A stretch of 64,000 bases of DNA from Pseudogymnoascus verrucosus (Eukaryota), in the NCBI GenBank assembly GCA_001662655.1, contig KV460272.1; one strand, 5' to 3'. The notes under the pieces are model-generated. The model worked only from the letters and a program-made list of their open reading frames with translations, was not told where the DNA came from and made no database searches. The position numbers were made by a program, and so were the translations under genes. Below are positions 12,654-25,176 of the stretch, piece after piece. Positions within the stretch are counted from its first letter, which is position 1. Each line of letters starts with the position of its first letter.

Positions 12654-15600
12654 TCACCTCTCAGCATCCCCGGCACTCAAATACCCTCCTCCCCCTCTCT
12701 TCCCAGGACGCGGCGTCCCCTCCTCCCCCGGCGTCCCCAACAAACTCCTCGGTTTAGGAGTCTCATCCATATCCCCCCCCTCCTCAGCGGGCGGGGTAAG
12801 TGCCATTTTCTCCATCCCCCCTGCGAGGTCATCCTCTCCCCTCCCCGCACTCCCATCCATGGCATAAGGGACATCAAACCCGCTCACGACGCTTCCGCGG
12901 CTATTAGTCCGCATCATCTCCGTTCCCAATTTGGAGCCTCTATGTCCCGCGCCAGTCTTGCCTTTGGGCGATCGCTCTTTGACTGATGTGTCGCCAAGCT
13001 CCTCGTCCTCGTCGTCCCCGGATTCAGCGTGTTGGGCGGAACCGCTGCCGCGGATGGCGTCGCGTTTTGCGCGTAACCTTGCAGGAGAAAGTGGGCGCTT
13101 GAGCATCGTAGCTAAGGACGACGATTGCGGAACAGGACATGGCGTCCCCGGCGGCTCGTGCGTCGTCTCGAGACTAGCAGGTGCCGAGAGGTGAGGGAGT
13201 AATTTCGGGATCTCGTGAGAGTGCGGGAGTGAGCCGTCTTCAGAGATCCCAAGACCACTATCGACGTCCCATTCTCCCGTCGCCTTTCTAGAAATAATGA
13301 CTGCCACGTCGTCAGTAGCGACAGAAGACTCGTCCCCGAAGAGGGAGGAGCCGATGGAATCACCGCGGCTGGAGCCACGGAATGAGCTCCCCGCCAATCG
13401 TGCGGAGGAGCCGGAGCTGGGACTATCATCCAGCCTCAAGCTCTCCTGTCTCAGCCCCGACGGCATGGGGTAATGCAGCGGCACCGCTTGCCCAGGAGCA
13501 GGAGCTTTCCAGTGACACAGTCTACAAAGCACATCCGTCAACTTCGAAGTAGTCGGCGGCTTCTCCACCAACGCATCAAAGAAATGCGGCTGCTGCAGCT
13601 CCTTGAGGTACCCCGTAATCGCCACAATCGGCGTCGTCGAGTTCGCCGTCTTAGTACTCCTAATCATCCTCGCCACATCCGCGCCATTGACAGCAGGGAG
13701 CTTGAATTCCATCATAATGACATCGAACTTAATATCGCTCATCGCCACCCTCGTCGCCTCCGCGCCATCCGCCACGGTAATGGTGCGACACCGTAGCTTC
13801 TCGAGGAGCTTCTCCATCACCATCCGCGACACGGGGTGGTCCTCGCAGATCAGCACGTCGAGCGGGCGGAAGACGGGGCCGTCGGAGATGTTGATCTGGG
13901 AGAGGCGGCGGGAGGATTGGCGGCGGCGTTGCACGCGCAGGAGGGCGTTGGCTTTGTCGCCTTCGTTGTCGGAGCTGGAGGGCGACATGTCGAAGACTTG
14001 GCTGCGCCGCTTGTGGTGCGAGAAGAGGTCGCCGACGGTGATGGGACTGCTTTCTTGGGACCCGACGGTTTGGGAGCGCGAGCGGCCGGGCGTGCTGTGT
14101 GATCCTGCTACCTTGGCAGGTGAGAGCGCCAGAGGGGCGGGTATCCCCCTCGTCTTAATCGGCGAGGTTGACACTGTCGCGATTCCCGATTTATGCAACG
14201 TCGGCGAAATTCGTGGGACATCGAAGAACCCCCCCCCCGGCTGCAGAGACTGCTGCTGCGACAAACTAGACGACGTACTAGAGGTCTTCCTCCTCCCATT
14301 CCCATCACCAATCTGCTGCTGCCCCGCCACAAACGACACCAGCAGCGGCGACGACGGCTGCGACTGTCTCGACGGCGACGAATTCGCCTGACTCGGCGAC
14401 GGCGAGGATGGTCGATTCCCCGCCTTCGCATTCGACATCGTACGCTGCAGCGGCATCGGAATCACCGGGCTTCCCTCTAGCGGCGGAACTGGGGAGACCA
14501 TAGCGCTATTACTCGTCGATACCAGGCTGACGACTGCTGCTTTGCTCTGTGCTGCGATGGCCTCGGCGCGCAGTTTTTGGATGACGTCTTTGTTTGCTTT
14601 TTCTAGGACGGGCAGGTTCTTGAATGCGAAGTTCCCGAAGTCGTCGGCGATGACGGGCTCGCTGAGGCGGCGGCTCTTGAGGTCTCGCACGTGGGGTGGG
14701 ATGTGGAGGGGCATTAGACCGCGCTTCATGGAGTTGATTTGCGTGCGGACTCGCGACAGAGCGTCGTGGGGCCGCTCGGGGGGATACTCCGGTGGCGCTG
14801 TCGCGGCAGCTGGGGAGATTTGATCTTCCATCTCCTCAGCGAAGGATTGTAGCGTCGCGCCACGACTGTCGAAGTACTCTGTATCTTCTAGATTCTCAGG
14901 CACGGGCACGAACTGCGCTTCGTCCTGGAGGAGGGTATCCCAGTTAATATCCGCGAACCACGGGTGGTTCCTGATTTCCTCCGCGCCGGAGCTGAATTTT
15001 TCGTCGGTATTAGCACCGAGGCGTTCGGCGGGCGACATGCATAGCATCGCGTTCATGAGGTCCTTAGCCTCTTGGGAGACTTCAGCCTCGTCTTCACTCG
15101 GCCACGAGATCTTGCGCGCGAGGATGTTCTCGAAGACGTGCTCGGGAGTGTCGCCGTGGAAGGGCGGGTAACCATATAGTAGCTCAAACAGGATACACCC
15201 CACAGACCACCAATCGCTCGTCTCATCTTGACCCTCGCCCTTGACAGTCTCGGGCGCGAGGTAATCCGGCGTCCCGACGAAGCGGCGTGTATTGTCATCT
15301 GGATCGAACAGTGCCATGGGTGGTGGCATCATGCTAGCTTGCGGTGGGGTATTCTTCGTATCGACGCTGGAGTGGCTATTCACATTCTGCAAGCTGAACA
15401 TCTCAGGCGATCCCCGCTCGCTCTCATTTTCTTCACCTTCTCTAGGGCGCGGACTCACTTGCTGAGGCTCGGTGAGCGAAAAACTGCTAAACATAGCGCT
15501 GAGTGTGTCACTTCCCCCGCTATCGCTGCGCTGGCTCTGTCGCGAGTCGCGGCTCATGCTGTTCTCACGCGTCAGGCTGAAGTACGAAGGTTGCCCCATC

Positions 15601-18395
15601 GCAGTCCCCAGATCAGGCGTCATCATCGGTGTGGACCCAGGTGACTGATGGGTCTGAAAATCAAACGACGTCGATCTCGACGACGCCAGCGACGACGCCC
15701 TCGCAAACGGTCCCTGCTTCAATAAATCAGGCGCCTGCTCGCTGCCAGCACTACTCAGAACGCGCTTCTGTCGACCAATCAGACCCATCCTCGACAGTCC
15801 GAAATCAGTCAACTTCAGATGTCCCTTCTGGTCTATGAGCAGATTATCCGGCTTCAAATCACGATGCACGATACCGCGACTGTGCAGGTGCTCAACTCCC
15901 AGAATGACCTCTCCAAGATACTTCTTCGCCCAATCCTCCGGCAGGCCACCGAGGACCTTGATGAGCGACGCACAGTCGCCACCATTGAGATACTCCATCA
16001 CAAGATATAAGTAATCCTTGCTCGAGAACGTCCAATACAGCTTAGCCACAAAATCGCTCTCGCCCTGCCACATCATGATGGCGCGCTCGGCTTTGACATT
16101 CGTAACTTGGTTCTTGGCAACCATGTCTGCCTTCTTTAGCACCTTGATTGCGAAGTAATCTCCAGTCGACTTCTTCTTGGACAAATACACGCTCCCAAAC
16201 GCTCCCTTGCTAATCGGCTTGATAATCTCAAAATCTTTAATCGATGGCGGCACAGCACGCGCTTGCGGTACACTCGCTGAATTCAGACGCGGCGACGGCG
16301 GCGGCACCGATCCTGTTGCCGACGACTGCCGCCTGTGGTGATGCGGCGCCAGCGACGGCGAGGCAAACTCATGATAGCTCAGCAGCGGCGACGTGACAGG
16401 TGATCGCATCGCCTGTTGTCCCGTTGCCAGCGAACGAGGTTTCGCAATCCGCAGCGGTGACGAGCTAATTCCTCCACCAGGCCGCGACGGCGATTCCTGT
16501 CGCTGCGGGGAGCTGGAGCGGTGGCCTGGGAGGACCATGCTGCGACGGTTGCGCTGGCGGGAGCTGGCCGCTCGGCGAAGGTCACCGAATTCAGAAACGG
16601 GTGATTCGATGCGCGTGGGGCGAGACATAACGGATGAGGAGCGGATACTGCTATCACTGTCATCGTTGCCGCTCTCGAAGTAGAGCGAGCCGCGGCGTGA
16701 AGGCCCAGCGGAAGCACGGGATGAGTGTCGTGCTTGTGTGAGCATGCTCAGAGTCCCTGCGTGGGAGCGTGGTGTAGGACACTCTTTCGGACTACTCGAG
16801 CCGGTGGTAGAGACTGCTTGTGACGACCTGCTCAGTCGTTCTTCGTGCTGTTTCATCTCCGCCTCTCGCAGCGCCGCCGCCAGTGTGGACGGTCCGTCAA
16901 ACGAGCCTCTAAAGAAACTATCATCGTGTTCTGGCACATCATCATCCTCATCCATAGAATCCGTATCCAGTCCCGCCGCGAACCTCGCCGCCTTGCGTAC
17001 AGCCTCATCAATACAATCCTGCACAATCAGCGCAAACTCCCCGCGGATCCTCTCACTATACTCCAGGATCCCCCGATGCCTCAGCACCGCATCCACCTTC
17101 TCCTTAGCCGCCTTCTCGCTATCCGCACACAGCAGCGCGAGTCCCTGCTCCTGATCGAGCGTATTCGTGCTAGGAGACTGCCACTGTAGGACCTGCGAGA
17201 CGCGGGACTCGGAGGCGGGGGATTGGGTGCGGAATTCCCCGATCTGCGAGGAGACTTCTTTGATGGCCGGGGTGCCGATTTCGATGGCTGTGTCGCAGAG
17301 ATCGAGGAGGAGCTCGACGATGCGGGCTTGTGGGCGGCGGACGGCGAAGGAGCGGGCGCGTGTGTGGTTGCTTTTTGACGCTGAGGGGTCGCGCGATGGT
17401 CGGTTGGGTGCTGGAGAGGAGCTTCCAGATGCTGAGCTGTGCTGGGAGGTGGGGCCGATGGGCATTCCTTTGTATTCTGCCTGGGGTGAGGATAATGGCA
17501 TCTCGGTTGTAGATAATGGGCGGCTCTTTCTCGCCTCCAACGCATCCAACACCTTTACAATGGCGTGGCGATGTTCTGTGAGGTTCTCTTGGCATATTTG
17601 CACCTTCATCTCGGCCTGGTGTTCTTGTAGACATAACTCGGTATGTTTCTCGAACCACCACGGTGGTATTTGTCGCTCGCAGATTCGGCATAGGACCGGG
17701 GGAGGCGGTGGGTGGTGTGCCGGGTCGTCGAGTCCGGCCTCAGCGAGCATGTTGAGATGGCTCGCCAGCACCTCTGCTCCCGATCCCAAACTCTCGACTA
17801 TTATACTCGGTAGGTCGATTTTGAGTTCGCGCGGTTCGACCCATGGCCTGATCATCCACATAGTCTGTACAAATTAGCCTCCAATCCCTCGAATTTCGTA
17901 TCCAAAACTTACATGGCTCTCCTCTCCCGTCGAGCGATCATACACCATAATCCCCTGCCCCTCCAAATCAACCGTCTCCCTCACCTCTTCCGCCTCCTCA
18001 TCCCCCTCCTCCCCCGCTTCTCTCACCCTCAGCAATTTCGAAGCCTCGCCCAGTTCGAGCTCAAACCTCACAATCTGACTCCTCATTGCATCCCCCCTCA
18101 TCCCCTCAACCGCCTTCCCAAACACCTCCTCCCCCGCCTCCACCACCTCCCCAATGCTGTGTCCCTGCACCCCCTCCACCGCCGTCCCAATCACATCCGT
18201 CCAGCTGGGACTCACCCACCTCACCACCCCATCCAGCCCCAAATCCAGAATCACATTCAGCGTCTGCTCCGCCGCCTCCCTCAAATCCTGCCTCTCGAGC
18301 CTCATATCCCCACTCAGCGTCCTCTCCATCGCCGCGCCCGTGCCCCGCAGCGCCGTCACCGCCGGCGGCGCCAGCGTCCCATCCGGTGTCTCCAT
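12654..18395 (-). CDS. RIM15: Ser/Thr kinase Rim15 (PAS, C2HC finger, split AGC kinase, receiver domain), 2 exons
   Basis: PAS in exon 1; intron 17865-17912; CRIC...HTELC finger; ISKGAFGSV, HRDLKPDN, DFG, a long insert, GTPDYLAPE; REC domain LICEDH...DVIMMEFKLP with Glu at the phospho-Asp site. Confidence 0.95.
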
Positions 18396-21300
18396 TGTCC
18401 TGCCGAGGTGATTGTCGTGGTGGTGTTGTCCCCGCTATCCGGCGTCGACATGAATGGATCCCCAATCAATCCCCCTCCTCTCGTTATCAGCGTGCTGCGC
18501 AGGACGTCCGCGACGCGCGCGCCCAGGCCATAAAGCGGTGCTCACGCCGGGGTGGGCCGTGCATGGGCTGAGGAGGTTGTGTCTAGCTAGTCCTCGTTGT
18601 GGTGACTGCTTGCATTTTTCGGAGGAGCGTAGGCTTTCTTGGGTTGGTGTGGTTGTGGTGGGAGAGTTGGTGGGTGCCCGTTTGGCGTGGGCGGGTGTGC
18701 GTGGTGGGTGACCTTGGTGTGTGGTGTTCACGGCGGGACCGGGTGGGTTGTCGCTCAACGCATGTGTTGCTACGGTTGACGATGGGGGCTCAATGGGACC
18801 GAGCGAACAGTGAAGTTGTGGCCTTGAGCTGATGGTTGATAGGATTGCAGATTGTCGTTAGGTTGTCGTTTTGTGTGTTGTTGTTGTCGAGGTTGTCGTG
18901 AAGTTTATCGTGGGTGTGAACTGGTGGGTTGGGTGTTGTGTGGAAATAATTTGGCGATGGGGTCGGTTTTGGGTGTGGTGGTCTAGGGACGGATGTCTCT
19001 AACGATGGTAGGTACATAGACGGTGCAGTGTGCAGGGCAGTATAGTGCTATAGTTCAGCGCCATGGGAGCTTGTTATTCGTCTATGGGTACGGGTATGGG
19101 TATTGGTAATACGGGTATAGTTTTACACGCTACGGGCATCGCCGAACGGACTGATTAATGCAGTAGAACGCGTCCGAGGAGCAGATTTTGCTTAAGAATC
19201 ACTCTTCAGTTCCATATCGTAGTTAAAGCGCGATGACCATTGATTACTCTATTGTCACGGTTCACGGCCATTTTACAGGGTTACGGTACTCTAGTGCTAG
19301 GAAGAAGAGGATGCACGTAATATATAATAGATGAACCGACCAATGGGATGGCCGTCTAGGGAGCTGTAGTGCAGCTTGGGAGCAGCTAAGGTGCAGCTAG
19401 AAGGGTAATCCTTGACCGTGCAGATAGATAAATGGGCCCTATCGTCCCGTAATATGCTCAAGAAGCAGCACAAAGCAGCATAAACAGCCGTTAAGCAGTA
19501 ACCGTTAACCGACCAGAGTGCTTAGTTTAGCAGTTTAGCATGAACTGATTGGGCGAGAGCGTATCAGAAACTCGAAACAACAGCTATATTAGTATATTAG
19601 TAGTATATTAGAGTGCTCAGCTCAGCTATATATGTACCTTTCCCATGGATGGATCCCCCCCTTCATGCACAGTCATACCAGAGAGTCATAGTAAGGTATA
19701 CCAGAGGCTATTATAAACAAAACTTTTGTTATTTTTTGTTATTTTTTGTTATTTTCTGTTGTTGTGATTGTTATTGTTATTGTTGGACCCTACAATTTTG
19801 TTGTTGTTATTCAATTCTAGTTATTCAGGGCTCTCTATTCCGTCGTCCTCCTGCAGTCCTGCGGTTTCCACGACAATACATACCAACGGCATTAAGTGAA
19901 TACAAAACAGCTCCCACGGCATTTGAGTACTGACTATCTATACAGTACATACATACAAACCGAGTAAAAGCAGCTCCCAAACGGCATCGTGTTCAAGCCG
20001 CGCAGTTACCACATTCTGCATTGGTCAACCCCTCAGATCACCCCATCATCCCATCCCCAACCAACAAACACCCTCAATCCCATCCTGCCCTCATCTAAAC
20101 AATCCTAACAGATAGATAAGTAAGTAACACCGTTAAACCCCATCCATCCTCGCAGATCTCATATCAAACCTACCAGATCCGCGCATTTACCCAGATTACA
20201 CCCTCCCTCTAACACCACCAACCTGAAACAAACAAAATTCCTCGGCACCACTGACTGCTCCTGCTGCCGATAAGCAAGATCCTGTCCGCAGATGCACACC
20301 TGCACATCTGCACTACAGAGCACAATATCGATGATGTGCGTCACTGCACCTTCGTGTACCGTGCATCACTCGCCGCTCTGCGTCCACACAACCATACAGG
20401 CGGCTGCACGCATCTGAGTCGAACACACACACACACACGCACACCCACCCCCTTCCTGCTCCAGCTCAAACAATCACCAACCCTAAGTCTCACCGTCCCT
20501 TGCCTGTCTTCACTCCTAACCCTCCTAACCTTACTAACACTACCAATACTACTATACTAACACACTCCCCCCCATCCCCCCGATCCCGCCGCTGTACCTC
20601 CACACATGTCTCGCGGCCTCTCCCTCAGACATCCCAGACACGCCTAGCAACTACCCCAAGCTCCCACTGTAACCCCATCCGAACCACCCGAACCACTCAC
20701 TCCACCCCCCGCCAAGTCGTCTGATGCTGCCTCCCGCCCCCCTCCCCTCCCCTAAGACAGCGTCTCGTCATAGCCCACCATTACATTCCAGAACCCTTCT
20801 CCCTAGCTAGATGCCGCCCTACCTTCATCCTAGGGGCCCCCATCCCCGTCCATATAGCGTGGGTTATATTTGTTTACCCTCTTTTCCTCCCCTACACACC
20901 ATAAACACCCCCCCCTAGACTAGGACACCTTATACAACCAACTGTCTATCTATCGACAACCCTCCAGCGGCACCAGAATGGCGTCAACCCCGCAGCAAGC
21001 AGGGCACTCCACACCGCTCCCCCCTCCACCCCTCCTGCGATCGCAGCCAAGCCCCCCATCTGCAGCGCGGGAGGTGGAACGTGCATCCCCAGCCCCTAGT
21101 CCCCAGTCCCATCCACATCGGTCTAGAGTCAGTCAACCATCCTATAAATGACCACTCTCACACATTCAACCTACGTACAAATGACGAGACCTGTATCCCC
21201 TATCTCGGCTCCATCCCTTTCGTCCCTTTCGTCCCGCCCCGAGGGTGTGTGTCTTGTGTGTGACGAAGCCGTAGCGAGTTGATTGATTGAAATTTATTCG

Positions 21301-23094
21301 ATTCGATTGTTCTATCCGGGAATCTCGATCTAGGGAACCCGCTCTGGGGTCATTCCCCTTATCGGGAAGGAAGTGGTCAACGGGGATGGAGAGGGACGGG
21401 GGACGAGCTTATCCAACGCCGGCCGAGACATCGTAACGAGGGCCTATCCACGATCATGCAAGAGCGGCACCCATCTTCCTTACCCGGTTCCAGTCCCCCC
21501 TAAGCCCAGTGCAGAGAGGGTTATTGAAGGCGTGGAGCTGGCGTCATTTGATCAACGGGTTGTACGTACGCCCACATCACATAAAACCCGTCCTCGCATT
21601 GCCAAAGAAGTGCCAGAGGAGTAGGATGGGATTGGCAGCCACTACATGCAGTAGCCATCTGCCGACTCTCGTGTGTTGGAAGTGTCAGGAGTTTTAAAAG
21701 TGGCGTATTATTAGTAGTAGTATTAACATTGTTGACAGCCACACCTTTATGGCAGAGTAGTATCGTCAGTCCCTTTAGTATTGTTTATCGTTAGTAGCAG
21801 TGGTATTGTTAGCAACACCACCACCAATAGTCTAGACCACCACCACCACCCCCTCCCCCACAGACAGTGGCAAACCAAACCAAGACAACATCCCCACCCA
21901 AAAACGCCCTTCCCACCCCCTCCCCCACCACACCACACTAACCCACACACACGCACCCCACACCTCGGAACCCGGCGCCCCTCCACCCGCACTTACTAAC
22001 CTCATCGCGAATCGATGGGGTCTCCTGACCCCCGGCAAGCTAAAAAGTTACGTTAAGCTACGGGATTGGATTGGATTGGGTTTGGGACTACGTATGTGAT
22101 GTGTGGCGATGATGCATTGGCATCGCTTGCTTTGTTGTGGCGATGGAGTGTTGGATTGGATTGGATTGGGCTGCTGCACTGAACTGACTTAACTTAACTC
22201 CTGTGCATCTACGGGGGATACAACACTGCATGGCTACTCCCAACTAGTAAAGGAGGGGAGGAGGCGTGCATCACCCTATCAATAGATAGTAAGGAGCTGC
22301 AGCAAAAAAACAAGACGGCCACGTGACACCCTCACACTCGGCAGTCGTCAAAGGGGGCGATCGGGACGCCGCTGTAAGGTATATCACTACTAAAACTGTG
22401 GGGAGAAGTAGGGAGGACCGCGCTGATCCCCTTGATGGGGAAGCTGGGGGAGGGGGTTATGGCGATCGGGGTGACGGTGGCGAATTCTTTGGGTTTCTAG
22501 CGGGGAGGGGTTGGGGAAGGCGGGGATGGGGATTGAGAGGTGGGGATGGGATTGGAATGTGTAATAGGGGGATGAGGTATATTGGGATGGAGATTGACTT
22601 TGGGATGTGATAACGGCGGGGGCTGGCATTGGAATCTGATGGGGATTGAAATTCGATCGAAGCTATTTTGGAATCTGATGCGGAATCGCATTCCCATTCC
22701 CATCGACAGATGACGAATGACGGATGACGGATGACGGATGCCAGCCCACTACTCCACCATAGCTCTGGCCCTCCCTATCATGTGACGAGCAACCTCCCCC
22801 TCTCTCCGCAATTTTGACTAGAAGCATATAGTGATGGGGATTTCAGTTTGGATTGAGAGAATTAGAAGCTAAGGATGGTATTGGGATTGGAATCGCAATT
22901 TCTACCGCCGATAGATTGATTGTATAATTGATGATGCTAATCTACTTCCAAGCAGGACGAACAAGCGCCCTTTTTGGGAAACATTCACCAAGCCTTCACA
23001 CGTGGTATGTATGTTTCCTTTCTCTCTTCTCCCCCTCGCTCTCGCCCTCTTCTTCTTTTTCAAACCCGAGTCGGTTTGCTCCTAACGTGAACGT

Positions 23095-23735
23095 TTAGGC
23101 GGGAGAAGCCGACCCCCCCTCCAAGAGCCCCGAGTGTATGGAACATAAGAATGAATGGGCGTTCTCAAAATTCGTCAAGGGATAGCATATCCGCCGTCCC
23201 AGGACGTGATCGTTCGATTTGGTTTTCTCGTTGCAAGAGTCGCTCCTGTAGTGGGGATTCGATTTAGTAAGACAACGGCAACGACAACGACACAAATAAA
23301 ATAAAAAAATGCAAAGAAAGATAAGCATTCATACGAGCAGAAGAACTCAGGTCTAGGGAGCAGGCGGAGAAGAAGAGAGAGAAAACGTACTCGGTGTAGA
23401 ATTTGCATCTACTTCGCAGGTCTAACTTAATAGATCTAGTGTTGTTTATGCGTCAGTTTAAAGGCTCCCTAGTATAGATATGGCAGAGCTGGGCAGCGGT
23501 CATTTACTGTATTTTGTTTTGACCAACAGTCTGGCACATTTCGCTTATCATCGAGGGTTTGATAGTGCCTGTCTTGCACTTGAGATCCGTATAAGTAGAG
23601 CCCTGTAGTGGTTTTATTAGCTTTCCCTCTCATTTAAGGGAGCGAAGGGATAGCACTGACAATAGACCCCCTGAACTGGGCTGAAGCAAGCCCGAGGATG
23701 GCCGCTAGGAGCATTGAAGTCTTGAGGAAATGCAT
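23095..23735 (-). CDS. Small secreted 6-Cys protein, copy A (intact, 121 aa, 4 exons)
   Basis: Exons 23735-23661, 23602-23508, 23435-23391 and 23245-23095 with GT-AG sites and branch points give MHFLKTSMLLAAILGLASA-QFRGSIGSTYTDLKCKTGTIKPSMISEMCQTVGQNKIQSIKLDLRSRCKFYTESDSCNEKTKSNDHVLGRRICYPLTNFENAHSFLCSIHSGLLEGGSASPA*. Two neighbouring paralogs share this exon structure. Confidence 0.85.
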
Positions 23736-23944
23736 GGTTGGAGTATTTGGAATTGGACAACGGGAAGTAAGGCGATGGAGTTGGAAGTCTACTGAGCAAT
23801 TGAGGCGACTTCCTGCCAACTTTTGTAGATAGCAGAATTCACCATGTCTTACATATAAGACCAATCATTTCTAATGTAATTAGGATTCATGAAACTCGTC
23901 GTACGACTTACCATCTCAACTCCCTCCCCTCTCGTATCCCCCTT

Positions 23945-24487
23945 CTATCGGTTCTTGCTCTTGTAACAGGAGAATGAACGAGCCCCCTTAAAATACGATA
24001 GGGGATAGCATCTCTGCTTCAGACGGTGTTCCTCTGTGTCATTTGTGCAAATTTCGTTCCTGTGGCGGAGATTTGATTTAGTAAACCGACAACAAAATAA
24101 GATAATAAGTCCAATGGGGGATAAGCCAACACTAGCAAGATAACTCTCTGTTTGAGGAGCAGGAGAGGAAGAAAAGGAGAAGAGAAATAAAACATACCCC
24201 GTGAAGAAATTGCATATGGTAGTATCGTCGACGTCAAACTTGATGGATCTAATGTTGTTCACGCGTCAGTTTAAAAGCTTTCTATTATGAGAGGATAGAG
24301 CTGCACGGCGACCGCTTACTGTATTTTGCTAAGACGAATATTCTGACATGTGCTGCCTGGTATAAAGTTTTGGAGGGTGTCTGGACTGCACTCGAGATCC
24401 GAGTGAGTGGAGGCCTGTAGTGGTTTAGTTGGTCTTCTCTATTTAAGGGGGCGAAAGGATAGTACTAACAACAAACCCCCTGAACTG
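23945..24487 (-). pseudogene. Small secreted 6-Cys protein, copy B (start codon and signal peptide deleted; exons 2-4 open)
   Basis: Exon-1 remnant QFRGFV, then exons 24414-24320, 24248-24198 and 24059-23945 give ASTHSDLECSPDTLQNFIPGSTCQNIRLSKIQSIKFDVDDTTICNFFTGNEICTNDTEEHRLKQRCYPLSYFKGARSFSCYKSKNR*. Upstream of QFRG there is an in-frame TAG and no in-frame ATG. Confidence 0.8.
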
Positions 24488-24668
24488 CACAATCAAAACG
24501 GCTTTCTACCAGCATATATAGATGACAGGATTTTATCATGTCTTATACATAAGACCAATAGTAGCCAGAATAGTTAGGGATCAGCTACTGTCTTACGTGC
24601 AAGGCCACACTCAGTGTACGACTCAGCGTCGCCAGAGCATTCCTCTATCCCGCCCATCTATCCCTTTA

Positions 24669-25057
24669 TCAGGGGCTCTCAAACGCCGGTAGGCACTTGA
24701 ACGAAAGAGGATCCTTCCACTCCGAGATAGGATGACACCCCGCAGACACATACACGTAATTATCTCCTTTGCCATCATAACATGTCTTAGCTCTGTGTAT
24801 ATATTTTTATTAGCAACAGGGTGATGAATAATGGGGATAGAAAGCTGTAGGTCAAAGAAGAGATAAAAACATACGTGTAGAATGCACACTTTGCACCTTC
24901 TTCCAAGTAGATAGCTCTAGATATCAGATATGTTAATATCATTAGCCTTCTTCCTCTTTTTAAAGGGTGCAAGGGATATAATGCTAACAAAACTCTGAGC
25001 TGACGCAAACGCAAGCGGGATCGTCGCAAGGATTATTAAAGTTTTGAAGAACTGCAT
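24669..25057 (-). pseudogene. Small secreted Cys-rich protein, copy C (exon 2 deleted, frameshifted)
   Basis: Exon 1 25057-24989 MQFFKTLIILATIPLAFASAQSF; exon-3 homolog 24916-24875 AIYLEEGAKCAFY; exon 4 24792-24669 TAKTCYDGKGDNYVYVSAGCHPISEWKDPLSFKCLPAFESP*. There is no exon 2, so exons 1 and 3 are phase-incompatible. Confidence 0.8.
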
Positions 25058-25168
25058 GATTAGACCAATGAAAATATCACGAAATATATAAATTAAACGA
25101 TTCTAATGTAGGACGATTGAGTTTTGAGATACCAATAGAGCAATGAACACACCCTCACTCACCAGCTC

Positions 25169-25176
25169 TTTATATA
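25169..25176 (-). promoter_or_regulatory. TATA box of copy C
   Basis: TATATAAA about 110 bp upstream of the ATG at 25057; alignable to TATATA upstream of copy B. Confidence 0.5.

Noticed and set aside
13700..13730. Glu replacing the phospho-acceptor Asp in the Rim15 receiver domain
   Set aside because: Known feature of filamentous-fungal Rim15; not novel
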